Source: Stegostoma tigrinum
Taxonomy: Eukaryota
Assembly (NCBI RefSeq): GCF_030684315.1
Contig: NC_081375.1
Coordinates: 12,685,581 to 12,749,580, forward strand
Length of the DNA stretch: 64,000 bases
Reading direction: 5' to 3'
Below are positions 24,881 to 37,189 of this stretch, in pieces. The notes beneath the pieces are model-generated. The model saw nothing but the letters and a program-made list of their open reading frames with translations, did no database searches and was not told where the DNA came from. The translations under genes were made by a program, and so were the position numbers. Positions within the stretch are counted from its first letter, which is position 1. Every line of letters begins with the position of its first letter.

Positions 24881-27679
24881 AATCATACAATCAGGTACAC
24901 AACTTTAAATGCTTACATCGGATATCCTAGTCCTGAAACGATTCACAAGACTTTCCTCAAGTGAAACAAGTTACATTGACCTCTTACAGATTATGAAACC
25001 ATGAAAGCCAGTGTTATTTTCAGGTCAGAAACTATACACTGCATTAATGCACGAATATCACTATTACGTCCACTTTGTACATTACAGTCAGTAATAAACT
25101 TGCAATTCTACATGATGTCCTCCAAAATAACAAGTATTATTGCACTTAAGAATTGGCTTTGTAAGTTGCTGAGGACAACTAACGAATCAACAGGTTGTTA
25201 ATTCTGCGCAAATCATACTTAACATATATTCCCCCCAAAAGTTAGTACCATAGATTATTTTCACAAATGAAACATGACTAATAATTTACAAATAAAATTT
25301 GAAATAAAGAAAATATAGGCTGATTACTCACCAAACTCAATTAGGAATTAATTCTCAACCCAGGATTTAATGAAAAGCAAAGCAGTATTATTCACGCTCC
25401 AATGTCTTATACTCATACTCCCACCGTAATAAATTTTTACTTGAAATTTCATTTTAAACTAGTGGAGATTGGGTTGCTTTTCTTAAAAAAAGTGTAACAT
25501 AGGACAATGGGTACAGAACTCTGCAGTTTGGTCTCAAACAATTGCCATTATTTAAATGTTGTTATATTAAACCAAAAACCAGAATTATCAACACCAGCAA
25601 ACCCTGGATATCTTCATTTTCCTGTGCTGTGCTCATGTCTGACCTTACTATATTACACTTATGTCCAGAAAGGAAAATGAAGCAGCATCATCAGCCCAGA
25701 TCCAGTCTACATTTTAGTCAATTATTGTTTATTATAAACAAGCTATTAAATTATTTGTTTTATGAGGTAGTTGGGGATAATGTGTGCGCATGCATGCACG
25801 TGCCTGTGTCCTTGGGGGAGGGGAGTGGGGAGGAGGGATATGCCCGAAGTTTAGTCATTACTTATGCAAAAATGCCTTGGTAAGAAACCATTAGATTAAC
25901 TGTCATGCAGACTCTGCCCAGTGAATCTTTAATGTTGTGCAATAATCATGGAATTGGGAAATGTTACACAAGATTGAAAGGACAAACGTAAGAAATTTTT
26001 TGAAAGAAACAAAAATGAGACAACGACTGGCAGTATGCTTCTTACACTCATACAATGCAAAATGCATTCATTCATGAAATGCAGCCAAATGCCTTCCACT
26101 TCTCATACAATAAACTTGAATCTACCCTCAAAACACTTCACAGATTCTAATTACTGTAACTACATCATCACAGAATATATCTAGCTACACACTTATCATA
26201 TTGTTACCTTGGCATTAAATCAACAGTTGTGTTAGTAGGCACACTTCCCACCTTCCAAATACTTCTGGCTCACTAAGAGGCTGGAACTCCACTGGGCTCT
26301 TTTTCAGACACTTGTGGCTGCTTCTTGGTCCTTGCCTTTGAACAGTTTCCAGTTTGGGATTACTGTTCCAAAACTATACCCAAAAAATCAACTTTTCTGA
26401 GCTGCCAGAAGATGATGCCAACAAATCTCTAGAACATACAAATCCTCTTGTCTCTGAAAATCAGTTTTTAGATTTGTATTGGCTAAAAGGAAATTGCATC
26501 ATCATTGAAACACTCAATTCTGAACAGTTGAAGCAAAGGTTGTATTTTGAACGGTGCCTAAATTCTAGAATACAGGGTGGGTTTAAGAGTTCATTTCTCC
26601 CAACTGTTTTAGAATATAGCTCCTGTTGCTGTTCAAAACTGGGACATTCATATATGTAAATTAAGGTAATTATCACTTCCACAACTGAAACACTTCACTG
26701 CACCTACAATTCACACTTTAACCACTGTGTAAAAGGTGATCCTCTTGAAATTAGCTTCAGTGACTTATGGCTAATGGTGTCATAGGAAATATTTTAATGT
26801 AATTATGCAGTGAGTTGTGGTTGTGATAGCCTGAAATGTGATGGAAGCAGATTTAGAAGTTATTCAAAAAGAGAACTGAACAAATGTTTGAATGAGACCA
26901 AAAAAGTAGAACAATAGGGAAAATAAAATAAATCAGTGAAGATGGGCCATAGCATCCTAACACTCAGCTATTGAACTCTTTGAAAATCAAAAATTTTAAG
27001 TCACCCAAAGGATATTCCATCAACCCGCAAATCCTCCGTCAATAATGGCTACAGAATATTTGGTGATTCTTTCCCCAACTCGTATAATTTATTGAGCTTG
27101 ATATACTTTGAGATACTAGAGGCCACAGAGTTCAATGAATGATTGAGTACCACTTGTGCACAAACTTGCATTAGTTAGCACCATGCATCAGTACAACAAT
27201 GATAATAATGGAAGAGGTCATTTGTCACACTGGCAGTACCTGCACCAGAGAAAGAAAAAGCAAATCACCTCCCTCAATATTTCAGAAGATCAGACTTTTT
27301 GTAAAGTTATAGGAAGTTACATAAATTAGAAGGTTCTCTTGCCTCCAAGCCAGTTGCCGCCAAGGAAGCTTATTTGCCAGAGGGGAACGTGAGCGAAGCC
27401 ACAGTGGCATGAAACAAAAATTTGTTCTGAGATGCATCACTGAAGACAGTCAAACTGGGCAGCTGAATTCATCTGGCTTTGGATCACGAACACCCACAAT
27501 CCCTCAACCAGTACTGGTGTGGTGGCAACTGCTACGTTCTTTTTGTCTAGTTCTTCTGCAGTCATTTTTTTTCCATTTTATAATAGGGGTGTGAAAATTA
27601 AATTTATATGATTACTCTCCAGTAACTCCAAAGGAGCTAGATCTTCCTCATTCTTTACAAAGTCATCAACACACCTTAG

Positions 27680-27810
27680 AGTTCCAATGAAAGGTCGTTG
27701 ATTTGACAAGTTATTGTTACCCCTCTCTCTGGTGGTTCTGCCTGACCTGAATATTTCCAACATTGTGTTTTCATTTCAGATTTCTAGCAAATGCAACACT
27801 TGGATCTTTG
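27680..27810 (+). mobile_element. Old PLE terminal-repeat fragment
   Basis: atgaaaggtc...ctgcctgacctgaatatttccaacattgtgttttcatttcagatttctagca, a decayed copy of the 18630-18760 arm. Confidence 0.55.
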
Positions 27811-28147
27811 TTTTTGTATTTCAATCTCTAAACAATTCATAATACACTGTTACAAGTCAACGGGCAGGAACTCCACAAACGCACAGAAATTTCATTTGAT
27901 TCAGAGGTACCTAATGGGCAAATCTACATCGGTCTTCAATTAGAACCATTTGCAAAGCAAAAAAAAAGCACCGCATCACATTCATAAAGCAATGTTGCTT
28001 AGATCTTCCAGGGGTGGAGGACCTGCCATCTAATAGTTACTTCCTTGTAGCTAAAATATGATCAAATCAGTACTACCTGAATCAACCTTTCATTAGCGTA
28101 TGGACAATTGCCAAATAAGGACGTTTTTTATAATAACAACCCCTGTT

Positions 28148-29143
28148 CTAGAACCTAGAACCTAGAACATTACAGCACAGTACAGGCCCTTCGGCCCTCT
28201 ATGTTGTGCCGACCTGTCATACCGATCTCAAGCCCATCTAACCCACACTGTTCCATGTACGTCCATATGCTTCTCCAATGACAACTTAAATGTACCTAAA
28301 GTTGGCGAATCTACTACCGTTGCAGGCAGAGCGTTCCATTCCCTTACTACTCTGAGGAAAGAAACTACCTCTGACATCTGTCCTATATCTTTCAACCCTC
28401 AATTTAAAGCTATGCACCCTCGTGCTCGCCATCACCATCCGAGGAAAAAGACTCTCCCTATCCACCCTATCTAACCCTCTGATTATTTTATATGTTTCAA
28501 TTAAGTCACCTCTCAACCTTCTTCTCACTAATCAAAACAGCCTCAAGTCCCTCAGCCTTTCCTTGTAAGGCCTTCCCTCCATACCAGGCAACATCCTAGT
28601 AAATCTCCTCTGCACCCTCTCCAAAGCTTCCACATCCTTCTTATAATGCGGTGACCAGAACTGTACGCAATACTCCAAGTGCGGCCGCACTAGAGTTGTG
28701 TACAGCTTCACCATAACCTCTTGGTTCTGGAACTCGATCCCTCTATTAATAAAAGCTAAAACACGGTATGCCACCTTAAAAGCCCTGTCAACCTGGGTGG
28801 CAACTTTCAAGGATCTGTGTACGTGGACACCGAGATCTCTCTGCTCATCTACACTACTAAGAATCTTACCATTAGCCCTGTACTTTGCCTTCTGGTTACT
28901 CCTGCCAAAGTGCATCACCTCACACTTGTCTGCATTAAACTCCATTTGCCACCTCTCAGCCCAGCTCTGCAGCTTATCCATGTCTCTCTGCAACCTACAG
29001 CATCCTTCGTCACTATCCACAACTCCACTGACCTTAGTGTTGTCTGCAAATTTACTAACCCATCCTTCTACGCCCTCATCCAGGTTATTTATAAAAATGA
29101 CGAACAGCAGTGGACCCACAACCGACCCTTGCGGTACACCACT
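28148..29143 (-). mobile_element. Young 5'-truncated CR1
   Basis: ORFs 28532-29119 and 28286-28528 are separated by a frameshift. The tail reads agaacct-agaacct-agaacat. Confidence 0.95.
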
Positions 29144-30076
29144 CTGTCAAAATTCCATTCAGATTTCTTAGTTCGTACTGCAAAGAGTCAACCAATTACC
29201 AGCATTTTCTTTTTCTTTCTTGTGGACAAGGCCAGAATAAGCTGATATTCTGTGAACATTGCAGGTAAAACTTTTATAGTTATGTAACTGTTGCTTTTAG
29301 GAGGAGAGGTACAAGTGCAACATCAGTCATGGTACCTTTGTCAAAGGGTTATGACTAGCCTATATGTTTTTATTTATCTTCCAGCAGGCCTATTCTGGTG
29401 AACCTGTCATCATGTTAAAGATACTTCAATTTGAGAATAAAAATTGTACCCAGAGAAACAAGTCTTCTTCTCTCACAAACTTTTCATATCAATTGTTGAA
29501 CCATTACTGCACGTCAGCATACTCAAGTCTAAAGTAGCATCTCTAGATGGTTACTTCCTAGCTTCAATTAGAATTTAGTAAAATGTGAATGGAGACAATT
29601 TGAAGAAAACAAGCCTGCAACTTTCCACATTCCAGTCTTTGACATTCCAGTTTTAACATACACAACATTCATTCACAATTTTTTTTTTAAATAAGCTTAT
29701 CTAACACAATGTTGTATTACAACAGCTTACTGTCTTCATCTTAAACCGATCCATAACGATTTAACAATACATTTTACAAATCAATTTTAGTCTCCATCAA
29801 ATAAAAGTCTCAATATCATTATCTTGTTTTCACTGTTAGATATTGTAGTTGTGAGAGGTGACAGTATATGTCATTATGTCAAAAAGCAGAATCAGATTCT
29901 GTCTGTCCTTGACCAGCTCCAAATTCAAAATACTAGTGCCTAAAAAAAAATTCTGAAAACCCATTTCCTCTGCTGGAGAAAACCAGAATCCAAAGGGATA
30001 ATCTCAAAATTTCAGTTTGGCATTTTCAAAATGAAACCAGCATTTTCCCCCCCCCTCTCAGGATGATAGAAAACAA

Positions 30077-30403
30077 AGGGCGGCACGATGGCTCAGTGGT
30101 TAGCACTGCAGCCTCACAGCGCCTGGGACCCAGGATCAATTCCAGATTCAGGTGACTGTCTGTGTGGAGTGTGCACATTCTCCCCGTGTCTGTGTGGGTT
30201 TCCTCTGGATGCTCCGGTTTCTTCCCACAGTCCAAAGATGTGCAGGCTAGGTGGATCGGCCATGCTAAATTGCCTGTAGTGTTCAGGGGTGTGTGGGTTA
30301 TAGGAGGATGGGTCTGGGCGGGATGCTTCAAGGGGCGGTGTGGATTTGTTAGGCTCAAGGGCCTGCTTCCACACTGTAGGGAATCTAATCTAATCTAATC
30401 TAA
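30077..30403 (+). mobile_element. HE1-type V-SINE (tRNA-derived)
   Basis: gggcggcacgatggctcagtggttagcactgcagcctcacagc head, V-domain ttctccccgtgtctgtgtgggtttcctc, CR1-derived tail and (AATCT)n end. Confidence 0.9.
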
Positions 30404-31527
30404 TAAAGGCTGTGGACACGAAGTCAACTGAACTTTCCAAGATCGAGACAGGCTCCAGTAGGCAAAAATGAGAAGATAAATTAAATATGCTTGATGGATT
30501 GATTAACAAGAGTTAAGTCACTTGGCACAGATGCAAATAAGGACTATGATTCAAAGACAACTTACAAAAAGAAATGACTATACGGTAATTAGTCAACCCC
30601 TCCATGTGAAGGAGCGGAAACCAACTTTGGAGCTCAAGACACTCAGTTTATTAATGCAATAGCAATTCAAAAATTCTCTTTTCCATCATAAGATATCAAA
30701 AGCTTTTTTATATCTAAATTTTAAAACTGTTCCTGAAGAGAATAGCTTTCTGTTCTGGAATACTATGGCTTATGCCTCCTGTAGTCGAATACTTACACAA
30801 GTTGATTTTGGCAGTTTGTTTATGCCCTTACTTTATTCTAACCAGTATGCTTTACAGAAAACAGTTGAGATTAACAAACCCTATGGTGAAAATATTGCAG
30901 TAGCATAAGCTCTATTCCTACAGTGTAACTGTCACAAATAAGATACAAATGTTCACTTTTTGACAATACTGTAACCCTCTTCTTCCTAGTTCAGTAACCA
31001 GGCACTTACCCTACACAATAAAGATCTACCTACATTGCTTTTTAGTTGATTCTATGTACAATAGATTTTTTTTAAAAGCTCACAAGGTAGTTTTAGTTAG
31101 AAAAGGAGAGTGAGCTTCAGCTTTTGGCAATCTTGTTGGGTAGACTAGATTAAGCTTCACTTTGCCTCAAATCATACTATCTGCAACTATCTGTTGCCAA
31201 ATTGGGTTAGAAGAGAAGAGGAGCTTTTCCGTTCAATGACACTAACAGTGCTTACTCTGATGAACAAAAAAGTTAATGAAGACTTTTTTTCCCCCCAAAT
31301 TATTCACTCAATATAAGAAATTAAACCTTTAAAAATGAGTAATAGCTATTCAACATGCAATATATAAAATATATTACCAAAAAGAAAAAGCTAAATGATT
31401 GAAAAGCTTAACTAAAAAGGAACCTATTAGAGTAAATTGCAATTTGTAGGTGGCATATTTTTGAAAGTCTGGTTGTGAATGTTGTTCAATTAATAACTAA
31501 CATTAGCAAATTGACCTGAAAATTTAC

Positions 31528-31642
31528 CTTGCTCTCTGTTCCAGCATGTTGACGTGCAGCTGCAACCATCTCCAATTTGGCATTGTTAGGGACATTGGCA
31601 AACCGCCACTGCTGTGACAAATCCAAAATTGTTCTCTGGAAC
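31528..31642 (-). CDS. ASPSCR1: ASPSCR1 coding exon 3 (115 bp)
   Basis: ag|G TTC CAG...AGC AAG|gtaaat encodes (K)FQRTILDLSQQWRFANVPNNAKLEMVAAARQHAGTESK. Human TUG as recalled is FQRSVLDLSLQWRFANLPNNAKLEMV. The phase fits exon 2. Confidence 0.97.
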
Positions 31643-33738
31643 CTAGAATAAACCAACAAAGTATCAATATTATAATTTTATCACATATCAGTATATATTA
31701 TTCATCCCTTCCAAACGCCAAAGAGTTCAAGAGAATATTTTTAAGATTTCTGGTTCACTTTGCTGTCTTGGTTGCAAGATTTATCTTAAGAATCTACAGA
31801 CAATCATTATTTGCAAGAATGTTAAGGCAACATTTTGAAGAATAATTTGTAGCAAGTAATATCAAAAAGGTGTTTCTTTAGGGGTATGAGACATTTTGAA
31901 CTGGCATTTAAAGCTACCACTTGAATCTAACCGAAGCGGAACACTGTTACCATCAGAATGCTGGAAGGAGAACGCATTGTCATCGATCCTTTATGTAACT
32001 CAAGAATGTTTTGAGCAATATAATGAAGTTTTTAAGTAGATATTAGTATACGTATGTGGATGTACGTGGTTTCAGGTGAAACAGTGAGTGTATTTATTAC
32101 GACATACAAGATACACAATTGCTTGAGACAAGCTGAATGGACCAAACTGACTAGTTCAATGCAACACTGTTCATTTGTGCAGACAGAGACCGTTTATGAA
32201 ACAGGGTATGTTCTGCTGCGATAAGGCATGGTTCCCTGTAGTCTGCCAGGATTGAAGTCACACTGATGTCCTTTTGGAAAAAAAAATCTATCAGATTGTT
32301 GTCACTGCAAAATCATTTCAACCAAGTTTCACACTGTTCTGAAATAAAACACTACATCAAAAAGAAAGTTTACCATCCAATTAACACTGCTGGACCAAAC
32401 ACAAATAGAAAGTGCTCCTTCTGATGCAAAAATGCCACAACAAAAGGTACATGAAAATTGTCTGTCTTTCAAAGGACTTTGCTCTCGAAATCTTTTTCCA
32501 TGTCTACTACAGATGGGCAAATGAAGAAATCCGTTTGCTGTCTCTACATGTCAGAATCAGTTAAACTTACATAATATCATTTTACATAGTTTAATCCACA
32601 TCAAAAAAGATGACGTCCAGTAAAGAATTCCAACAGTAAACCACATCAATTTGCAAGAAGGACTTCATCAATGTGCTTACAATTCTAGTAAAGCCAGAAA
32701 CAAAAAATGTTACTATCTAAATTTTTTCTAAGGCCAGAGCAAAAGTTATGAGCAACACGAAATAGTTGAAAGCCTGACACAATAACACTACAAAAATCTG
32801 TTCTAATCCAGCTAAATCCTGGTCTGTAATGGGCATTATAACAACTTACATTTATATCTCTAATAGAGCAGAATATCCCCAGGTGTCTTACAAAGGGCAG
32901 GGGGTAAAGACGCCCAGAGAGACTGGGAAGGGTCTTTCACTTTAGCTAATTACTCTACCAACATTCACAGGGCAGCGAATGCATGATTATGATGCAACAG
33001 GGCACGAGGGATACGGAAAAAATGCTAGTACAAATTACAGAACAAGGAAAGCCATGGAAAATTTGTAAGCAACAAGGATTTTGAATTCAAAGCATCAGCC
33101 TCCAAGTACAAGGCCGTTCTGTTTTATCACTAATAAAACAATGAGGGGAATCAAACATGCTAAGAATGTGGAACAAGGAATCACAAGGAGGTTGACAAAT
33201 GCGTGAAGAAGTAAAAGAATATTAAGATATGTCATAGGGATGGATGAAGGAGGACGGGAAGAACATTGTAAATGCCAGCACAGGCTTGGGAGACTAAAAG
33301 ACTGCTACTGTGTCCTAATTCTACATAATTATACATACAAAATTGTATGACGTAAAAATGTAAAAAATTCCTGTGACAACCTAAACATACATAAATGATG
33401 CTGAAACTGGACAGATATTTGCAGATCTGCTGCAAAATTACATCAGGATGAGAAATAATGTTGGAAGAAAGAAGTATACCTAGTATTCCATTAGAAAAGT
33501 GGCTGAGTTTAATCTAGTTGAACTCTACATGGCCAAAAAGGTCCAACTGCTTAAAGTAAACGATGGCTTCTTCAAGTCACTGCGATTTTACTGTGCTTCA
33601 GTTAGCAAACATTCAGGGTTGCATTTGTCCATCACCTTCAGATCAATATTTATAATCAAATTTTATTACGATTGCTATGCCAGACAACATGTTCATCTGC
33701 CCTAACTAATCTATGCTGGAATCTTGTATGTTAAGGAC

Positions 33739-34205
33739 AGAAATCACAACACCAGGTTATAGTCCAACAGGCTTATTTGAAAACACAAGTTTTCAGAGCC
33801 TCACTCCTTCTTCAGGTCGTGAAGAGAGAGATAGTATGAGACACAGAATTTGTTAGTAAAAGATCAGAGGGTCACACTGCTGATGAGGATGAATTAAACA
33901 TACCTAAGATGCTGTTAAATCTTTAATCAGTTAGAAGGTTTTAATTGACTAATATGTACATGTAAATCCCCAAATTCCTTTCAAGTCCTGAGAGAACTAA
34001 AGGTTTTATTATTGTAAAGAAGAGGTGACATTTTAGGTCAAACTATGCACGTTAGGCGTGAGACCTTGTTTAGAATCTGTTTGTGTTTTGGTTTGAAGTC
34101 AGAAGTCAGACTGGTTTTATTTCTAAAGCAGAAATTTATAGAACACCACAATGACAGACAGTCTATAAATTGTGGCTTTTTGAACAAAATAGAATGTATC
34201 TGCAA
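33739..34205 (-). mobile_element. Terminal repeat of a third PLE family with a degenerate HHR
   Basis: The minus strand reads CTGAAGA-AGGAG-tgagg-CTCT-GAAA at 33815-33791. A related fragment lies at 58797-58835. No coding part was seen, so the family assignment is inferred. Confidence 0.55.
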
Positions 34206-34894
34206 AAATAAATAAATAACAAAATCAGTACTGTATATAGAAAATCATTAAGAATATACGAATAGCTATCTCAATCTGAAAACTGTTATATGGAGGATCA
34301 ACTTCAGATCTTAACTCTATTTACTGTGATTAAATACAAGCATGAAACTGAGGTAATTTATTCAATTTATGTTACCATGGAAGTTGCCAGATTGATCTGA
34401 TGCCACACATTCATAAGTACATGGTAGTCTGCAAAGTTTCCTCACCTACAGCAAGTGAGCCAAATTACTCAAGCATGTATTTATTTGCAGTAACTAGTCT
34501 TAAAACGGAACAAGCCAGATTCAACTTTGCAGCAGAATACCCCATTATAAAGCAGCATGCCTGACTGACTCAAAGCATAATTACACCAAAGGATAGCTGT
34601 AATTATTTTGCAAATACGAAACATTATAAAAAGAGATTGCTCAACAAATTCTAAAAACAGTTAAGTGGGTATAGCAATTTGCATTAGATGCCAGGGTGTC
34701 AACAATCCACTGTTTCGATCTCCTCTCCATTAAGTTTAACTGTGACTATCTCAAAATGTAGGTTAATCTGAAATCAGCAGGATGCTGTACATAAAAGTTA
34801 ACTATTCCAACATGAAAGATAATAAAATAAACTTATAACCACAAAGTAGATTGGCAGCATTATTAGAAGTTCACTAGCTTTAAAAGATTCTTAC

Positions 34895-34950
34895 TTGAGA
34901 CCATATTCCTTGGGATCCAATTTCTGTTTTCTACACACCTCTTCTAAAAC
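34895..34950 (-). CDS. ASPSCR1: ASPSCR1 coding exon 2 (56 bp)
   Basis: ttttctgttcattag|GTT TTA GAA...CTC AA|gtaag encodes VLEEVCRKQKLDPKEYGL(K). Human as recalled is VLEDTCRRQDFNPCEYDLK. Confidence 0.96.
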
Positions 34951-36449
34951 CTAATGAACAGAAAAATATAATGACAAATAACATTCATTTTGCATGACAA
35001 AGATAAATCATTTTTGGTTGTAGAATAAGATAAGTTTGAATTATAAAAGGATTCTCTTCAGTGGCAACTCAGACGAAAATTAAAATGAAAAACGTACCTT
35101 TTTCTGATTTTACTGACTGATGACAGGGGTTCAAATCAAAGTTCAGTGCAGCAGTATCTATCCAACACTGTAACTCAAACTAAACCACAACTCTTCAGAT
35201 ATCTGCAAATAAATTCTAAAAGCCCATATAACCTCTGTATCTTTGCGTTTAGAGACAATGGGTGCTGCTTTCATACCATTTTAAAAATTCAACATTCAAT
35301 TGTTTTTTATTGAATATTTGTATTTTTCAATTTTTTTCAACTAGTAGCATATTACTTCCATTATTATACATTGTCAAAGTTTTCTGTAGAAAGTTTTCCT
35401 TGAGAAACAAGTGTTGTATTTCAATAACTGATGAAGTTTCCACCAGACATAAGTCAATATTTATTACACACCAATGGCATAGGAATATTTAGCAACACTT
35501 TTAAAATAGCCAGTGGGATAACAGCAGCACAAGTATAATATTTAGCTTTTCCTTGTTTTGTTTCTGGGGTCCGATTTCCACAAACACCTTAAGTACTTGC
35601 TTCAAATTGATTTTACATAGTACACAAATCATAAAAGCAGTTACATCTGATAATCTAGGGATGGTGATTATGTCTTCACATTCTTAAGCAAGCAGCAATT
35701 TTAGGATTAGACATATCAGATTTTTCAGTATGCTAAACAGAAATAACCTAAACAATAAACTGGCTGTGAAGTATATATTGTTGCAACTTTGTATAATAGA
35801 TCTTGTTCTCTCTTGACACCAAGTTAACACCCATAAGGCAATTAAATTTCTTTCCAGCTCCAATAATTACGCGGTGGTGGAGTCTATAACAGATCTGAAA
35901 TTCTAAAAGTTTTTGTCATAATTTATTAAATGTAACAGATAGAGTTATCAACATTTCCAGAACTAAAATGTGACAAATGACTGCATTATTATGAAGTAAT
36001 TATGGCCTGAGTTCTTGGTTCTTATAAACATACCAGCACTGAGTAAATAAGGTAGCTATAAATTTATTTGCTCTGGCCAGAAAGTTTAGAACAAGGAGGT
36101 AGAAAACTCAATTTTAAAGTTGAGCTATGCAAAAATAATCTCAGGAGTACTTCTTCACATAATAAAAAGTGGTGGAAATTTGAAATTCTCTCCCCAAAAA
36201 GCAGGTGACACTGGGAGTCAATTAAAAAATTCAAAGCAGAGATGTTAGTTAACTTTGTTAGGTAAGCACATCATGACTTTTAGAAGATAGATGGAGTTAA
36301 GATAAATTCTTCTATAATTTATTTGAATAAGACAGATTCAAACAGGTAAGTAAACTTCTGTCTCCAGTTAGCTAATCTATACAAAATGGACAAAATGTTA
36401 AACTTAGGCCCCATGTGTTTGCTTTGATTTTTTAAAACCTAAACGCTTC

Positions 36450-36690
36450 TTCCAAAAGAGCAGGGAGTTCTCTGTGGGCTAACCAACATTCCTCCCTCAA
36501 CCAACAACACAAAGAGATTTAACTGGTCAATCCTTTCATGGTGTTTGTGGTACCATGCTGCGTGCAAATTGGCTGTCGTGTTTGTCTACAAAAGGAACTA
36601 CACTTCAAAGGTCAATTCATTGGTCACGAAGTACTTGGGGATGTTTTGAACACATAAAAGGAACTATAAATAGAAGTTTTTTCTTCCCTC
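36450..36690 (+). mobile_element. Deu-domain SINE remnant (SacSINE1/AmnSINE1-like)
   Basis: aagagcagggagttctc...ccaacattcctccctcaaccaacaacac...tgcgtgcaaattggctg...cacttcaaag...gaactataaatagaag. Confidence 0.75.
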
Positions 36691-37189
36691 TTTTAGATTT
36701 AGTCTGCCAAAGAAAATGTATTTAAAATTGGTAACCACATCATCTGCACATCGAGAGCATGAAGCAGGCAAAGAATTCCATCTTCCCTATGAATGCAAGC
36801 AACTCTCAAGAAAGACCTATCCGAAACCAGCTGGCAGAATTAAAACTTTGAAGTTTACAAAACATGTAAAAGAGAAGTTGAAAATGGGGATATTGCAACT
36901 TTGCAAGTTGTGCATTTGAGAAGTGGGTTACTCAACTCAGCCCAAAAGCAGGGCAGCTGGCAAGCCAGAGAACCCAGGGGTATCTTTTATGAAAATAGTT
37001 TCATTATTTCAAAAGGGTTTGCATGTGAAAGAAAATGTATTGAAAGTTTGAAAACAGCTGCATTTTAACCATTATCAAGGAATAAGAAAGAATTTACAAC
37101 CCACCAGCAATATATTGTAAAAGGTAAATAATTAATACAACAATACATTATGCGTATGTAATTCTGTATTTGTCCCTTCCTCCTCCACT

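Noticed and set aside
26208-26703. ORFs 26354-26659 and 26461-26682, and splice-like edges, as an ASPSCR1 exon
   Set aside because: There is no homology to TUG and no open minus-strand frame across the segment.
30077-30150. tRNA gene
   Set aside because: The A/B boxes belong to the HE1 SINE head and continue into the SINE body. No cloverleaf forms.
35118-35205. Box C/D snoRNA (TGATGA at 35118)
   Set aside because: It is antisense to the host transcript, with no correctly placed box D or terminal stem.
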